DNA of 64,000 nt from Azolla caroliniana (taxonomy: Eukaryota > Plantae > Polypodiophyta). The notes under the pieces were generated by a model. That model was not told where the DNA came from, searched no databases, and was given only the letters and a program-made list of their open reading frames with translations. The position numbers were made by a program, and so were the translations under genes. The stretch covers positions 13,950,001 through 14,014,000 of the forward strand of contig JBHGNT010000017.1 of NCBI GenBank assembly GCA_043228905.1. Reading direction: 5' to 3'. Shown in pieces: positions 36,297 to 50,326 of this stretch (positions within the stretch are counted from its first letter, which is position 1; each line of letters begins with the position of its first letter).

Positions 36297-39200
36297 GGAA
36301 GAATGTATGCCCAGGAAATGATGGATTATCACTAGAATTTTTTTTAGAATATTGGGATGATATAGCCGATGTTTTCACATCCTCTTTACAAGAAGTTTTT
36401 AAATTGGGAAGGACGCCTGCTGAATGGAATGAAGGAATGGTTTATTTGATTCCAAAATTAGAAGGTGCGGTGGATGATATTAAGAAATGGAGGCCTATAA
36501 CTCTTTTAAATATTGTATATAAAGTTTATGCTAAATTATTAGCGACACATCTGCAACCTTTTCTTCCACATATTGTGCATAAAACTCAGACAGGCTTTAT
36601 ACAAGAAAGGAGTATATTTGATAATATTTTCATGTTTTGGGAGATGATAGCAATAGCGCAAGAAACAAAACAAGAATTGACAATGTTGCTTTTGGATTTT
36701 GAGAAAGCATATGACAAAGTCGATTGGGATTTCTTATATGAAGTTATGGGTCGTCCAGGTCTTCCAAGTGACTATGTAAAAGCTGTTTTTATATTATATA
36801 ATTCAGCAACTAGTCGTGTTCTTGTTGGAGGAGCACTATGTAATACTTTCCCGATTACTAGATCGGTGAGACAAGGATGTCCTTTGGCTCCATATTTATT
36901 TCTATTGGTGGGAGAAGCCTTTACTGCATTCTTACATAAGAATAGGTTACCTATTAAAGGAATACAGTGGCCAGGTGTGGAGGAGGTTGTGTTAGACTTT
37001 GAATTTGCAGATGACACATCACTATATGTTGTAGGAGATGACATAAATCTCTGTAATGTGCAAAGTGTGATCCATGATTTCTGTGATGCTTCAGGCGCAA
37101 TTATCAATTGGCATAAATCAGTGGGATTTTGGGTTGGGGAAAGTCTTACTCCTACTTGGTGTCTAGACAGTGGATTCCGTAGGATACCAAAGGGCTCTCC
37201 TGTGAGATATTTAGGATGCCAAATGGGAATTAATCTTCCTCCAGAAGCTCATATACAACCATTATTGCTTTCTTTGAGGAAGAAATTGATATTTTGGAGT
37301 TCTAAGAATTTGTCACTTGTTAGGAGGCTAGTTATTTCTAATCAAGTATTACTCTCCTCAATGTGGTATATTCTATCCTCTTGGTTATTCTCCAGTTCAT
37401 TGTTATCAAAGTTACAGAGATTGATTAGGAATTTTTTATGGGGATCTACTGATTTTAATTATGTTAGACCAAAGGTAGCTTGGAAAACTATTATAGCGCC
37501 GACTTCTCAAGGGGGTTTAGGTTTGGTAGATCCATTATTGGCAAAATTTATTGTATGAGGATTACTACTAGGAAATGAGCCGTGGACGATGCTTCTTCAA
37601 TTGAGAATGAAAGAGGTCTTCCCAAAAACTGGAGGTGAATGGACAATGTCTCTCCGATGGTGGTTTATTCCTAACTTTCATTCGCATAAGATAGTGTTTC
37701 AAAATGATAGATTCTTCGCTGCGATAAAGCGACCCTGGTGGTCCATAAAGGATAACTTGCAACAAGTCTGACCCACTTCGGTAGATGAATGGTTACATCA
37801 GCCATTGGTTTGGAATCCTTTATTTCTAGACGTTGAAGGGTCTATGTTGGGAAGGAGAGTCGGATTAAATTGGGCTCAAGTGGACTCATCTTTTGCCTCA
37901 TCACTAGGTAATTGGCAACAGTTTGTTCACAACCCTACTCATATTATTCAACAAGAATGTAGAGGAATAAGAGGAGGAAAGGTGATAGTTGATGAGTTAA
38001 GGAGGTTGCAGTTACCCTTGCAGGATAATATACTTTCTAATTGTCATAAGTGGATGGGATTATTTTCGAATTTTCAGGTTTTACTGGGAGTTCGTGGCCT
38101 TAGAGATGATGGTACTTTCTTAATTTATGATGTTCTACAGAATGGACGATTATGGATGATTAACTAGGAAGATGAATGGTTGGCTAAGGCTATATTAAAA
38201 CCCATTAGAATTCTAGCTAAGGTAGATAAGGGTTGGGTTCTTGACCCTAATCCTAATGATGTGCATCCATGGTGGGATCTATGGGTAGTGGGAAAAAAAC
38301 CATTATGTGAATTGGATTGGGACCCAGGAGAATGGAAGTGGCTACCTACATCATATTCTGGGGAGGATGTTAGGCCAATTCCGTTTTTTCAGTATTCCGT
38401 TCGATTGGGAAGGGAGATGATAAGACGTAGGGTACCCCATTGGCCGACAGCAGCAACAAAATGGTTGACTTATAATGTGGATCCTACTCACATGACAAAA
38501 TTTTGGAAATGGCTATGGGCTATGCAAATTCCAAAGAAGATTATTCTATTTAGATGGTTGATTGTTAATTATGCGGTTCTTGTTAGAGCTTGGATGTATT
38601 GTAAAGAAGTGGATAAGATGTGTGATTTTTGTGGTTTAGAAGTGGAGTCTCTTCATCACCTATTTTGGTCATGTATGGCTACCAAATTGGTTTGGAAAAG
38701 ATTTTAACGTCTCTTGCATGAGGTTTATGGATCTAGAATATATAAATGGGGGGCAGTTATGTGGGCTAATATTAAGGGTGAGGTACAAGATTATGAAAAA
38801 GAAAATGTTAACTTTGCATTATATACAAGAGGTCGATATGTTGAGGAAGTGTCACCATACATGCCTATTAATTCAGTCCAAAATGGCGTGGTTTGGGAGA
38901 CGATTAGTTCAATAATTATATGGGTTTTGTGGACTAGTAGATGTCGAAGGATATTTCAGCAAATTCAATGGAATGTTGTGGATGTAGTCAAGGAGATTTG
39001 GATGACCTTAGTGCATACACTAAAAGGAGAATATGATGCTACCAAAGGTGATCCAGATGTATCTTTTGAAAGCAAGAGGTTTTTAAGAAGAGATGGGAAA
39101 GGATAAAGGTATTCTGCATGGTTGATGGTGGTATACGTTGGAGGTATCAGCCACCACTCTGGGTATTTCTTCCACAAACATGAGGCATGTGTCAATGTAT

Positions 39201-39775
39201 AACTATTATTTCTTATGCTCAGGGACAAACATATTTCTATAACAGTCTAAGAGTAGTTGAAAGGGACTATGCGAATTTTTGTGACCTATATTTTTACTTT
39301 GAAGGCATGCATAAGCCTAAAAGCTATGAGAAGAGGGCAAGAAATCCATAATGACATCATTGAAAGGGAGTTTGATTCAGATCCGTGTCTTGTGGCTATT
39401 CTAGTTTATGCATATGCTAAATGTGGCATTTTTGAATATGCTACTACAGTAATTGGACTACTTCCAGATGCAAACACCCTTGTAAGTTTGCTAAAGGACT
39501 GTGGTAGTGTAGTGGTAGTTGATAAGGGCATAGAAATTCACAATGAAATCGTGAGACTGTTGGAAGACAATATTGAGCTTGGGAATGCTTTGGTGGACAT
39601 GTATGCTAAATGTGGCCAGCTTGGAAAAAACCAAAAAAATACTCAATGATCTTTCAGATTGGGTGTTGTGGGATAGAGCGGCTTCAATAGTTGCACAATC
39701 TCTACGGAAAGCATAGCATTGTTGCTGATGTGCTTTTTTAAAACTAATGGAAGGATATTTTGTTTAAAATAATAA
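36297..39775 (+). mobile_element. 5'-truncated L1-clade LINE (ORF2 RT and zf-RVT) with PPR cargo
   Basis: WRPITLLN, LLDFEKAYD, RQGCPLAP, FADD, YLG, CDFCGLEVESLHHLFWSC; A-rich tail; 21-bp TSD AAAAACACCTTAAGTATATTG (36276-36296, 39776-39796). Confidence 0.92.
39195..39649 (+). pseudogene. PLS-type PPR gene fragment inside the L1
   Basis: FVTYIFTLKAC..GQEIH, LVYAYAKCG, LLKDCGS..KGIEIH, GNALVDMYAKCG. Confidence 0.88.
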
Positions 39776-39944
39776 AAAAACACCTTAAGTATATTGTATG
39801 ATCATTTCAAAACATACTAGTTAAAAATGTAAATGTAGTGTTGGGTTCCAAGTGCACTTACGACATGCTTGACGTAAAATCTTTTAATGTTCACTAATTG
39901 AAGTGGTCATGGACAATCATATATGATTCCAACATCTGAAACTA

Positions 39945-40242
39945 GAGGAGATGGATGAGTTAGTCTAAGATGCCAAATTAAGGTTCTAGTTCGAAAGTAA
40001 GTATTTGAAGATGTGAATGTAAGGATGGGTCTAACGACACTTTCTGCATGCTTAATGTAAAATCTTTATCACTATGTTCACTACTTCAAGCGGTTGTGCA
40101 CAACCATATATGATTCCAACATAATTCATAATGATCATAAATATGGCTTTAAAATGTCCTAAACAAGATGACATTGTTGAGTTGGTGGAAGGTGTTGAAT
40201 GTTTTGGTTGGAAAGTGTGTGGTTCAAATCCCACTCTCATCA
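39945..40242 (+). pseudogene. Two more degenerate tRNA-Leu-derived copies (39945-39997, 40167-40242)
   Basis: gagttagtctaagatgccaaattaaggttctagttcgaaag; ggttcaaatcccactctcatca followed by the shared downstream flank. Confidence 0.65.
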
Positions 40243-41145
40243 TGGTTCATCTACATGTTTGTTCTCTAAATGAGTACCTAAGAGTGTAAACATGGAATTG
40301 TTTTATGTGTTCATATCTTATTATCAAATCAAATGATATGGTTAAATTAGGATAATGATCGAGATAAAATATCTTGTTTGAGGGGCCTACATTTATGGTT
40401 TAAGAAAAATTAAGAACGCAAAAAGAAGGTGTTTAGTAATTTTGGCATGCTTAACGTAAAATCTTTTAAATTATGTTCATTACTTCAAGTGTTTGTGACC
40501 ATAATTTATTCCGTGGTAGTTTGTACCGTAGTATTCTACACATGAGGATAAAAGTGTGAGGGTTAATCAAGAGTGTAAAGAAGGAAGGATTACTTTTAAT
40601 CCTATGGACTGGGACAACCCTTAAGGGCGAAGTATAAACTTGCCTAAGGGACTTAGGCCTGGCAATAAAGATAAGGCATAGGTGTCCTCATTAGCCACAT
40701 TATTCAACTACATCAATATTGTCACCTTGTGATGAACAAACTCTTGTGGCGAGATAGCACTAGTACGAGGTATGACTCGGTGCCATGGCAGTGGTATGGG
40801 ATGTTGTTCAAGCGTTGGATCCGTCTCGATCCCTTCATTCAGGGGTGATTGGTTGGATCGACACCCTTCTTTTTGGCAGAACACACAAAAACGATTTTAT
40901 CGCTTGAAATCTTGATCCAAGAATTCATTAGGTATCTTGCATTTCCCAATGAATTGCAATTGCTTAGTCCCAAAGTACTTCAAGTTTATCATGGTCCTTC
41001 TTTGAAGTGCATTGATAACAAGAACCAATTTCAACGGTTGCTTTGAAGGATTTTGGACCCTTATCGTGCACTATCCAATGATAGTCTAAATTTGGGATGT
41101 CATTGACAAAACAAAAAGTTCACCAATTGTCCCATTCAAGACCTG

Positions 41146-41717
41146 GTGTTTTAATTTGGGTTCTCTCATGGTGAACATAACCCTCGAGCAAGGAAATTTT
41201 TTAGCTGGAGAGGTTCATTAGTGCTTACAATGCCTCTGTGTGAGATGGAGGTTGTAGAAATTGACCGTTGAAAATTGTGACAATGTTTGTGTAGGTATCT
41301 TGCAATTTCCTAGTAGTGTGAAGCCCATGCCACCAAGCAACCTTATCCCCTAGTTCTTGACCAAGATAGGCAATCTTCATACTATCTGTATTGGGATAGA
41401 CCTCAAAATGAGGTTCCCATCAGGCAAGGCAGTGTTTTAATTTGGGTTCTCTCATGGTGAACATAACCCTCGAGCAAGGAAATTTTTTAGCTGGAGAGGT
41501 TCATTAGTGCTTACAATGCCTCTGTGTGAGATGGAGGTTGTAGAAATTGACCGTTGAAAATTGTGACAATGTTTGTGTAGGTATCTTGCAATTTCCTAGT
41601 AGTGTGAAGCCCATGCCACCAAGCAACCTTATCCCCTAGTTCTTGACCAAGATAGGCAATCTTCATACTATCTGTATTGGGATAGACCTCAAAATGAGGT
41701 TCCCATCAGGCAAGGCA
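41146..41717 (-). repeat. 286-bp tandem duplication within a decayed Gypsy gag relic
   Basis: 41146-41431 and 41432-41717 appear identical; minus translation FEVYPNTDSMKIAYLGQELGDKVAWW is gag-like. Confidence 0.8.
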
Positions 41718-43723
41718 TGTGCAGATTGCTTTGTCGGTTCTCTCTTTTTTTGTCGTAAATTGCTTTATGACAAATGATGGTTCAATTTTACGTTTGTCTG
41801 GTCTATTAGTATCTCATTGCATACTAATGACACATGCTTCTAGAGCTCCATGAGGTTGCCAAAGTTCGGAAATCTCGGTTAAGGTAGAATTAAGAAATTT
41901 TGTATTTGTCAAAAATACAACTTGATTGGGATTGTCCTAGGAGTAGTTCCTTGAATCCCCTCCGCTTGGGAGGATGTCATTGGATGGTCGTTATTATGAG
42001 CTATAATTTCTGACAAAGAAATAAGATAGGATCAAACAAATCGGCATAACATGATGGCGTGATGTAAACATATCAATTGGCAAACATGAATCAATATCAT
42101 GATCTCACGCCAGTACCCCTCTAGGTGTATGAGATGAGGTTCAAGATCAAGTAATTATGGTAACACAAAGGTGTTTTAAAAACCTAAACTATTGGGGAGA
42201 CAAATGAATGTCTTTCCCTGATCTCGATATGGATTTAGAATGCTTAATAGTTTCACTCTAATAGATATTTGTAAGGCATTAGAAAAATTGACTTCGGTAT
42301 TGGTGAATGAAAATATTCTTAAGGTACATTTTGTACTTGATCATGAAAGAAAGGAAGGAATAGCGTTTAGGGGAATGAACAATGTTTCAATGATAATTAA
42401 TTACAATGCAACTAGTAACATAACAAATACATGATCAATCTTGAATGATAATTAATTTCGATGCAACTAGTAACATAACAAATACATGGTCAATCATTCA
42501 AGACATTCGATCTAGGGGAGCAAACTTTCTTCTCCACATTCAACTACAAATCATTGGTTGCAAAAGAGGATGAACAAGTCAAAGCTTCATGGATGCTTCT
42601 ACTCTCTAATGGTAAATACTAGCTAAATAAGTCACTTTCATAACTTTCACATAATCGGGAGTGTTGAGGAAATAAGCTCAAGTTGGGCGTAAATATAGCA
42701 AGTGCAATATACGACTTAACTGTGTACATCCACCAACTAAAGGAATATTTATAGGCCACCCGATACCAAAAAAGCTACACTGAATATTTATTTATTATTA
42801 ATATATGCTAAGACATAGCATAAATGATAGTTCACATCATGACCTCAATACAAGATGTGGCACATGGTTTCCATTATTTATGAACCACCTCCTCGACCCA
42901 TGTATATGAAGAGGATCCCACCTATTGTACATAGTTTTATCTAAAGCTAATATAATTCCCATTGTCTAGAATCTAACCTTCTATCTACTCTTCGCTTTTT
43001 ATATTTGCTTGAGCATAATGATTAAATCAACATCTTAACCTTAGGATACTACTTTCCCCAAATATCAGAATTCTTTATAGTTCACAACAGAATAATCATA
43101 CTTGAGTTTGATATTGCAACAAACCATATTATCAATTGATTGCTCTTGAATTCCTAATGTTGTTTGATCAATGTGTTTATTTGCTTTTTAAGCACAAAAT
43201 GATGCATAGCGGATACGAACATATATGAATTAGGAGAGGATATCAAATGATATAAGTAGAGGATGTAGCAATAAGGAAGTGTACATTGGGTCCTTCTTTT
43301 GTAAGCTATTTAAGCATCACCTTCTGGTCTCTATGTGACAACCTTACCACACAAGTTATAACATTCTTGTCATTAGCTACCTTGTGTAACCTAAAGTTAT
43401 AAATTTGTAAATCTTAATTTATCAAAGTATCTGTATAGAAAGTGAAAGTGAATGGCTTTGTGCCTCTTGTAGGTAGCATATTGTCTTGGCATAGTTACGA
43501 AATGTAATTGGTAGTTTATATAAAAAAACATTCCATACACAGTATACATAATTTATTATTGTAAACATGTCTAAATTGCACATAATGTATTAACATGTCT
43601 AAATTGTAGATAATAATACATGAATGAATGATTTTTTATCTACTAATTTTGAGGGATCCAAAATTATTTTGGTAAGATTGGCAAGTTAGTGTCTCATAAG
43701 TTTAGGCATGTCATTGAGAATAC

Positions 43724-46700
43724 TTAAAGTTGAGGAGGACAAAGTTCAAACAATGGAAAGAATGGGCGAAAATATGATCCAGATAATATTTGTCGAGCAA
43801 GAACTTCATTAGCATGGTCAGTAAGATGAACCCCATCCCAATTGATGTATTCTGATGGATTTACACATGACAATGCAGAAAGAAATTGACCATGCACATG
43901 GTTGCTCATACCACATTGTACTCCAAAGTCAAAATTGTGTTTGCCACCAACTCCACAACATGCACGAGTCGTGTAGTTAAAACCTATATATCAAAATTTT
44001 AATTATTACAAAATTCACCATATTATATTTCAAGACCATACCAATTATATTAAATTGAATCAAATCCAATTATAGTCAAATGCCTATAATGTGTTACACA
44101 ATATTTGTCAAATGCACTATACATATAGTACATGTAATATGTTCAACTTGAATATTCCTTTTGAGGAAGGATTGAATCATATGGTTTGGCAATATTGTAG
44201 TAGGTAAAGGATGATAATCACAACATCTAGATTAAGTGAAACTAGTAAAAAAGTGTGACCCATGATGTAGAAACTTTTTTTTTAATACATTCTAGTTCTG
44301 TTTGTTTGCCGATTATGTGTATTTGACTATTTTTATACGTAGATATTGCTTTGCATTACTATCTCGAGTGAAAACATTACAACATTAATGGCAAGATTGT
44401 TTAATTGGTATTGCTCTTCAAATCACGAAATAATGTGTGAAACCCTAGGGTTTGGTGGTGATCATATATTTGAGCAATATGTTACTTGCAGTACACATAC
44501 AAAAAGTCATTGTACAAGGACGACCCTTTATATCATCTACGAGTGGTAAATGGGAGTCTGAGGATACCTTAGTAGTTATAATGAGTGCTAGAAGGAGCCA
44601 AAAGATGCCTTAAAAAGTCACAAGACTACACTGCAAGTTGGAGAATACTATAGCTTTATCATAGATGTGGCGTATACTACACAAGTTAAATAATGAAGAC
44701 TATACTTTTTACAAAGTTGTAATGCGTTATAGCTAAAATAAAAAAAAGTAGTTGTGTCCAAGACATTGCTCTTCTTAGCACCTTTACGTGGTTTTGTGGC
44801 TTCATATATAATTGAGAATTGAAGGTACTGACAAAGACATTGTATCAATGGTGAATGACGAGTTTAGGATAATGAAGGAAATTAGTAATTGGGTGACAAC
44901 TTTGATGACATATAAAAAGAAGGTAAACAATGCAACTATTGGATAATGGGATGTGTCGATAGGTGTCAATTAGTGTATGCATGCTAAATCGTGGCAAGGT
45001 AGGTAAATGAGCATCAGTAATGACTAGAGTTAAACCCATTACTCTATAACCAACAAAAATGACACTACACTTGTGCAAGGGAGGATGCTATCTACGAAAA
45101 TTGAAAGGGCTTTTTAGAAACACAAGCAATTTAATACTTATAGTGGTCCCACTACTACCTAGCCCTTTAGTCTTTAAGTTTAGAGATACATAATGACTTT
45201 GGGAACCATATGAGAATGAAGCCTATCACACAATTGAGAAGTCTTAGAGAGAATGGGCTACAACACCTTTTTTTGTGTAAGAATTAGATGCAATTAGGCA
45301 GGTATACATACCATAGCGAGGGGCATGTTTGATCATGGAGTATTGGATGTGAAAAGTGTCGACGAATACAATGTCGGAGGTCAGTAACACAGATTGCAAG
45401 CGCCGGAGCTGCTCTCGAAGCAGACGATTGTAGAGTGCGACGGCTTCATTGTAGGGGCGAGCACAACCACACTCGTCTATGTCGCTCATCTTTATGTTGG
45501 CCGCATACTTTGTGAGTGTCATAGGCATGCACCCTTGTGGCCCCAAATCAAGGACCCAAATCCTCCTAGCCCCTTCATCATATAGTGCCTTACGAAAAAT
45601 AAAAATTCCCAACATGGTTGGATCGATTTAGGTCACATCCAATAAGGAAGCATTGGTGACATAAAAGACTTATATTTAAACCCACATTATGATCACATAA
45701 TAAGCTCACACTATACACATTTGTCATAATAGTGATGTCTTTCTTTTTTACTTACTTTAGTGAGTGACTTGACATTTAGCTTGTATTAGAGGAATGGGGA
45801 TTATTTATAGGCCAATCTCTATTAATTCTCTAGGATTTTTTTTAAATCTTTTGGCTGTTTTTATGGACCTAAGTTCCCCTAAACTTTGCAATGAAACGAA
45901 GGAAACTCTTTCAGAATGAATTTCAGCAATCTAGCAAGAAGCTGAAGATTTGGCCCCTTTGTTTTTTTTGTGAAGTATTCTTAGCTCTAAGTTTCTAGAT
46001 TTCTGAGGTTAAATCATAACCTATAAAGCTTCAGCCGAACCATTTACATTTGTATCTAAATTGCATCAAGATTCGGAATTAGACTGGTTTTCATTCGTGT
46101 GTGTATACCGTGATCGCATCGCTTACGGCATTCACTATCTTCGGTAGATAGCTCTTGATTTGTTCGGCGTCCATCTTGAGCTTCATGTAGGCATAGCTGA
46201 AATCGTTGCCTCCGATCCCGAGTATGTAGAGACCGTCCCGAAATGCCCTCACCTCCGGCAAATAATTCGTCCGACCTCCTCCTCCTGCACAAATTGATTC
46301 GATCAAATTTCATGGCATTCACCCGAAGAATTCATTCGATGAATATGGCCATTTCATCCTTCCTCCACAATTTGTTCTCTTAAATTGCACCTCTGGGATG
46401 TAAATCCATTCATCCGAGCCCCCGGATCCATGTCTAATGAATGGAAACATACCCTGAATCGAGAGAGGAGCCCAATCCGATCCATTTTGTATTCGTAACA
46501 AAAAATGGAAAATTACCCAATTCATTGCGTGCTCGGCGGGCCGCAACCTGCAAGACTTGTTGCTTGAAGACTTTGAATTGATTGACTTGAATCGCGAGGC
46601 TCATGGGGCTGATGAAGGAGCCGGGCATGGCGGTCGCCCCAGACGAAGCGAAGTTGGCCCCATCCGAGAAGTTGGAGTCCACAGATTGAAGGAAAGGGCT

Positions 46701-47437
46701 GAGGAATGACTTGCCAAGCCCCTGGGCTGCAAAAATCACAAAGCATTTTGGGAACAATATACTTACACACACACCCCTAAAGATTTATCAAAATCATAAT
46801 GCCTTCCATTATCTACATATATATATGTGTGTAAATGTTTCCATTATATATGTAAAGTTTTCCATTATATATGTAAAGTTTTCCATTATATATAGTAAAA
46901 TTTTCCATTATATATGTAAAACTTGTTTCATGGGGTACCGATGAAGTCGATGAGAAGCCTGCCATCGCTGAAGCGGTTCGCGGGCCTGTGGAAGAAGGTC
47001 TCTCCGTACGGGAACTGCTCCGAATGGGCGATGAATGGGAAGGCCGCCCGGACACCTCCCGTGTCGGACGAAGAATCCCCGAAATTGAATATGGCCGGGA
47101 ACGCACAGCCAGAGGTACCATGGCCATACCCATTGGCATCCTTACTACTATGCCTACGATTAATGCCCGACAATGAGAATGTCTTCATTGACGATCTATC
47201 ATCGCCATCATCATCATCTTCGTAGTTGATCGCCTCATTATCCATATGTATCATGGCATTGTTACTACTACTAATCACTATATTCGCATCATTGATGATT
47301 AGCATTACTAGTAGTAAGGCTATTATTGTATGTATGCTTAATCCATTGCATAAGTAGCTTGTAGTAGTTCCCCATGAGCTATGGTAGTAGCTAGCTGCCC
47401 TGTGACACCTATTGGAAGTTTCATAATCATGGGTCAT
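43724..47437 (-). CDS. GDSL esterase/lipase, 5 exons: 47437-46939, 46726-46517, 46284-46109, 45588-45312, 43983-43724
   Basis: SGNH blocks FNFGDS, GANFASSGA, GIGGND, WDGVHLT; GT-AG introns with consistent phases. Confidence 0.93.
46833..46920. repeat. 21-bp minisatellite (x4) in GDSL intron 1
   Basis: aaagttttccattatatatgt repeated. Confidence 0.85.
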
Positions 47438-48021
47438 TCTTCTATCCAATTAAATCTATGGTTTTGAATGATGGCCCCCCCTAAATTAAGTAGTGCTTCT
47501 AGTATAGAAGAAGAGGAGGAGGGGAAGATGATGAGGAAGAAGAAGAAGCAAGGAAGAACTGAGTCAATGGGGAGTGTTTTTACCATGTGAACTCATTCAT
47601 GTGCTTGAAGAAGGTAGGTATCATTTACTATGCACATGAACTAGGTTATTATTACACTAAAGAGTAAGTACTTCGTTGTCTAGTCTTCACATTATTGTCA
47701 TCCCAAGAGCCCGTGACAATCACAACCTATACATATATACCAAAAGAGTAGTCTGGTAGTTAATCGAAAAACAATTATATTTGTGGAGATTGTCGTCATG
47801 TCTGTACTTCAGGCCATGGCATTGTGGCAACATGCAATATATCTAAAGGGTACTTTGGTAATTGGGAAAAGATAAGGACATCTCCTGACGCTATTTGTTG
47901 TTCAAGTTGCACATGATTTCACGACTATATATGCGTGTGTGTGAGGGTTTAATAGCCAATGTATAACCATTACACGACTACCGGGAATAAAGTTAGATAG
48001 GGTATGGGGGCTTAGTAACCA

Positions 48022-48183
48022 ACATATAATTAGCTACCATTCCATGTGAAACTACGATGAATAAAGCTAGGTCATGAGAGGAATAACATTGTACGATATT
48101 GGACATATAATTAGCTACCATTGCATGTGAAACCACAATGAATAAAGCTAGCTCATGAGAGGAATGACACCGTATGATATTGG
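48022..48183. repeat. 81-bp tandem duplication
   Basis: acatataattagctaccatt...gatattgg twice. Confidence 0.85.
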
Positions 48184-48488
48184 ATGACCAAGAGGTTCAA
48201 TGAAGTGATAGAGTTGGATGTCCTTTGACGTATGAAAGCTCGTAGTTTTTCTTTTTGTTTCAAAGACGTGATTTTCAAAAGGATGGTTTCTCACTTAGAA
48301 AGCTTTCGTATTTACCATAACCAAACATGGTATTTCTTCTCTCCCCGCTTTCATGAACATCTTCTTGGCTTTGAAGTATTTCATTCCCCAAGAAGCTTTT
48401 GAGTTTTTCAATCATCTACAAAAGCTCTTTCAATTCTCAGTGATTCTCACAAATGCTAGTACATTAATCTTGTGACCCATAAAGAATA

Positions 48489-49563
48489 GGGAAAAGTATC
48501 AGGATACCCCTGGAAGTTCATCTATTTACCAGAATGCCCTTGGAAGTTCCAAATTTACCAAACTACCCCTATGTCCAAAAAATACACATTATAAAGTAAT
48601 ACTACACTCAAATCTACAAGCCTTATTTACCAGAGTACCCTTAAACCTAAACTTATTTACCATAATGCCACTATATACCTATTTTGACCAATTTATACCA
48701 CTTTTATTTTTCAAAATACATCATAAATGAAACTAAATTATCCAAATTATATTATATATCAAAAATTTCAATTGAAAAGTCACCTTAAAATCCAATTCTA
48801 TGAATTTACACTGAGTTATATTGGCTTAATCCCATAAAACCAAATTTTGTGATTGAAGTGACCAAATTTTAATCTTAAAACATTTGATCGCACCCCAAAT
48901 TTTACCATTTGGATGCCATTTTGAAGCCAAAATCCATGAATTTGCGAATTCACAAACAATTTGCGGCCAAAATGTTAAACCAAATCTCACGAAAAACTTT
49001 ACTACCAAAATGTCATTTTAAACGAAATCTCACATAACACTTTGCTATTAAAATGCTTTCTTAAACCAAATTTCATGATTTTAAACTAAATTTTGTTAGC
49101 AAAATGCAATCACAACTAAATCTCCTCAATCTCATCAATTTCAAAAATACTCGCAACCCAAAATTAATTATCGAAATGTAATAATTACATGTTAATTTTG
49201 ACGCATCTACAAAAAGTGTAATTCCAAAAATATCCACACAATCAAATATATCTATGGACTCAACAAAATATCTAATAATGCACAAGATAACCCCATATCT
49301 TGATGATGAAGACGATTGATAAACCCAATGAAGAAGAAAGAAAAGAAAGACTATATTGTTAGGTACAAAGGACCCAAAGAATCGCTTAAGTAAAGAAATT
49401 TGTGTTTGAAAGGTATTTTGGTAAATAGGGCTTGTAGATTTGAGTGTATAATTACTTTATAAAGTGTATTTTTTTGGACATAGGGGTAGTTTGGTAAATT
49501 TGGAACTTCTAGGGGCATTTTGGTAAATAAACGAACTTCCAAGGGTATCCTGGTACGTTTCCC
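48489..49563. mobile_element. Non-autonomous Mutator-like element (MULE/foldback)
   Basis: Long imperfect TIRs (>150 bp) GGGAAAAGTATCAGGATACCC... / ...GGGTATCCTGGTACGTTTCCC; 9-bp TSD TAAAGAATA/TAAAGGATA. Confidence 0.88.
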
Positions 49564-50326
49564 TAAAGGATAAGGAAAGGGATGAATAAATGGCAGTGAC
49601 TACTCATGAAAGAGCACATAATAAACTCCAAACAAATGACAACAATGAAAGGCATTCGGCAAAGTAAAGACAAAATTCAAGGATATTAGAGTTATTTCCC
49701 CTTTCAATTATTCTCTTAGCAATTGCGGGAAAACTTTGGTTTATCGTCATTATGTTGGCCAAGGACAATAGAGGTATGTATACTATTATAGCTCCAAAGG
49801 TATTAGGGTTCAATATCTTTGGCGCTATCTAAACAAAAAAATCTAATATTATTGTCTCAAAATTCATCACATTGTTTTAATATTTTCTACCTCTCACCAC
49901 AAGCTCTCTCTCTCTCTTTCTCTCTCTCTCTCTTAGAATTGCTTGAAAATCAAGCAAAAAGATCCAAAAGACACATAAAAGCAAAATTTTGTGTTTCAAT
50001 TGGATGCAAGATCGTATCTAGAAAATCAGTTTGGAAGATGGGAAGCAACACACTTGCTTCATGATGCATCGCTAGATTCCTCAGTAAATGAGGCCTTTTG
50101 CAATGCCAATGTGTCATGACATGGGACTAATGTGGACTCGGCTTATGCTTCACACATTATACTACAAATTTATACCATATTCTTCACTGAAAAGGGAAAC
50201 GACACACATCAATACATGTTAGAGTCATCCAATTATCTGCCATCTGAAACCATTGCTTCCACATGACTTAGATCACACACATTGTTATTTGAGACGTGGT
50301 GTTGGGGCACGACTGAAAAGGAAAAT

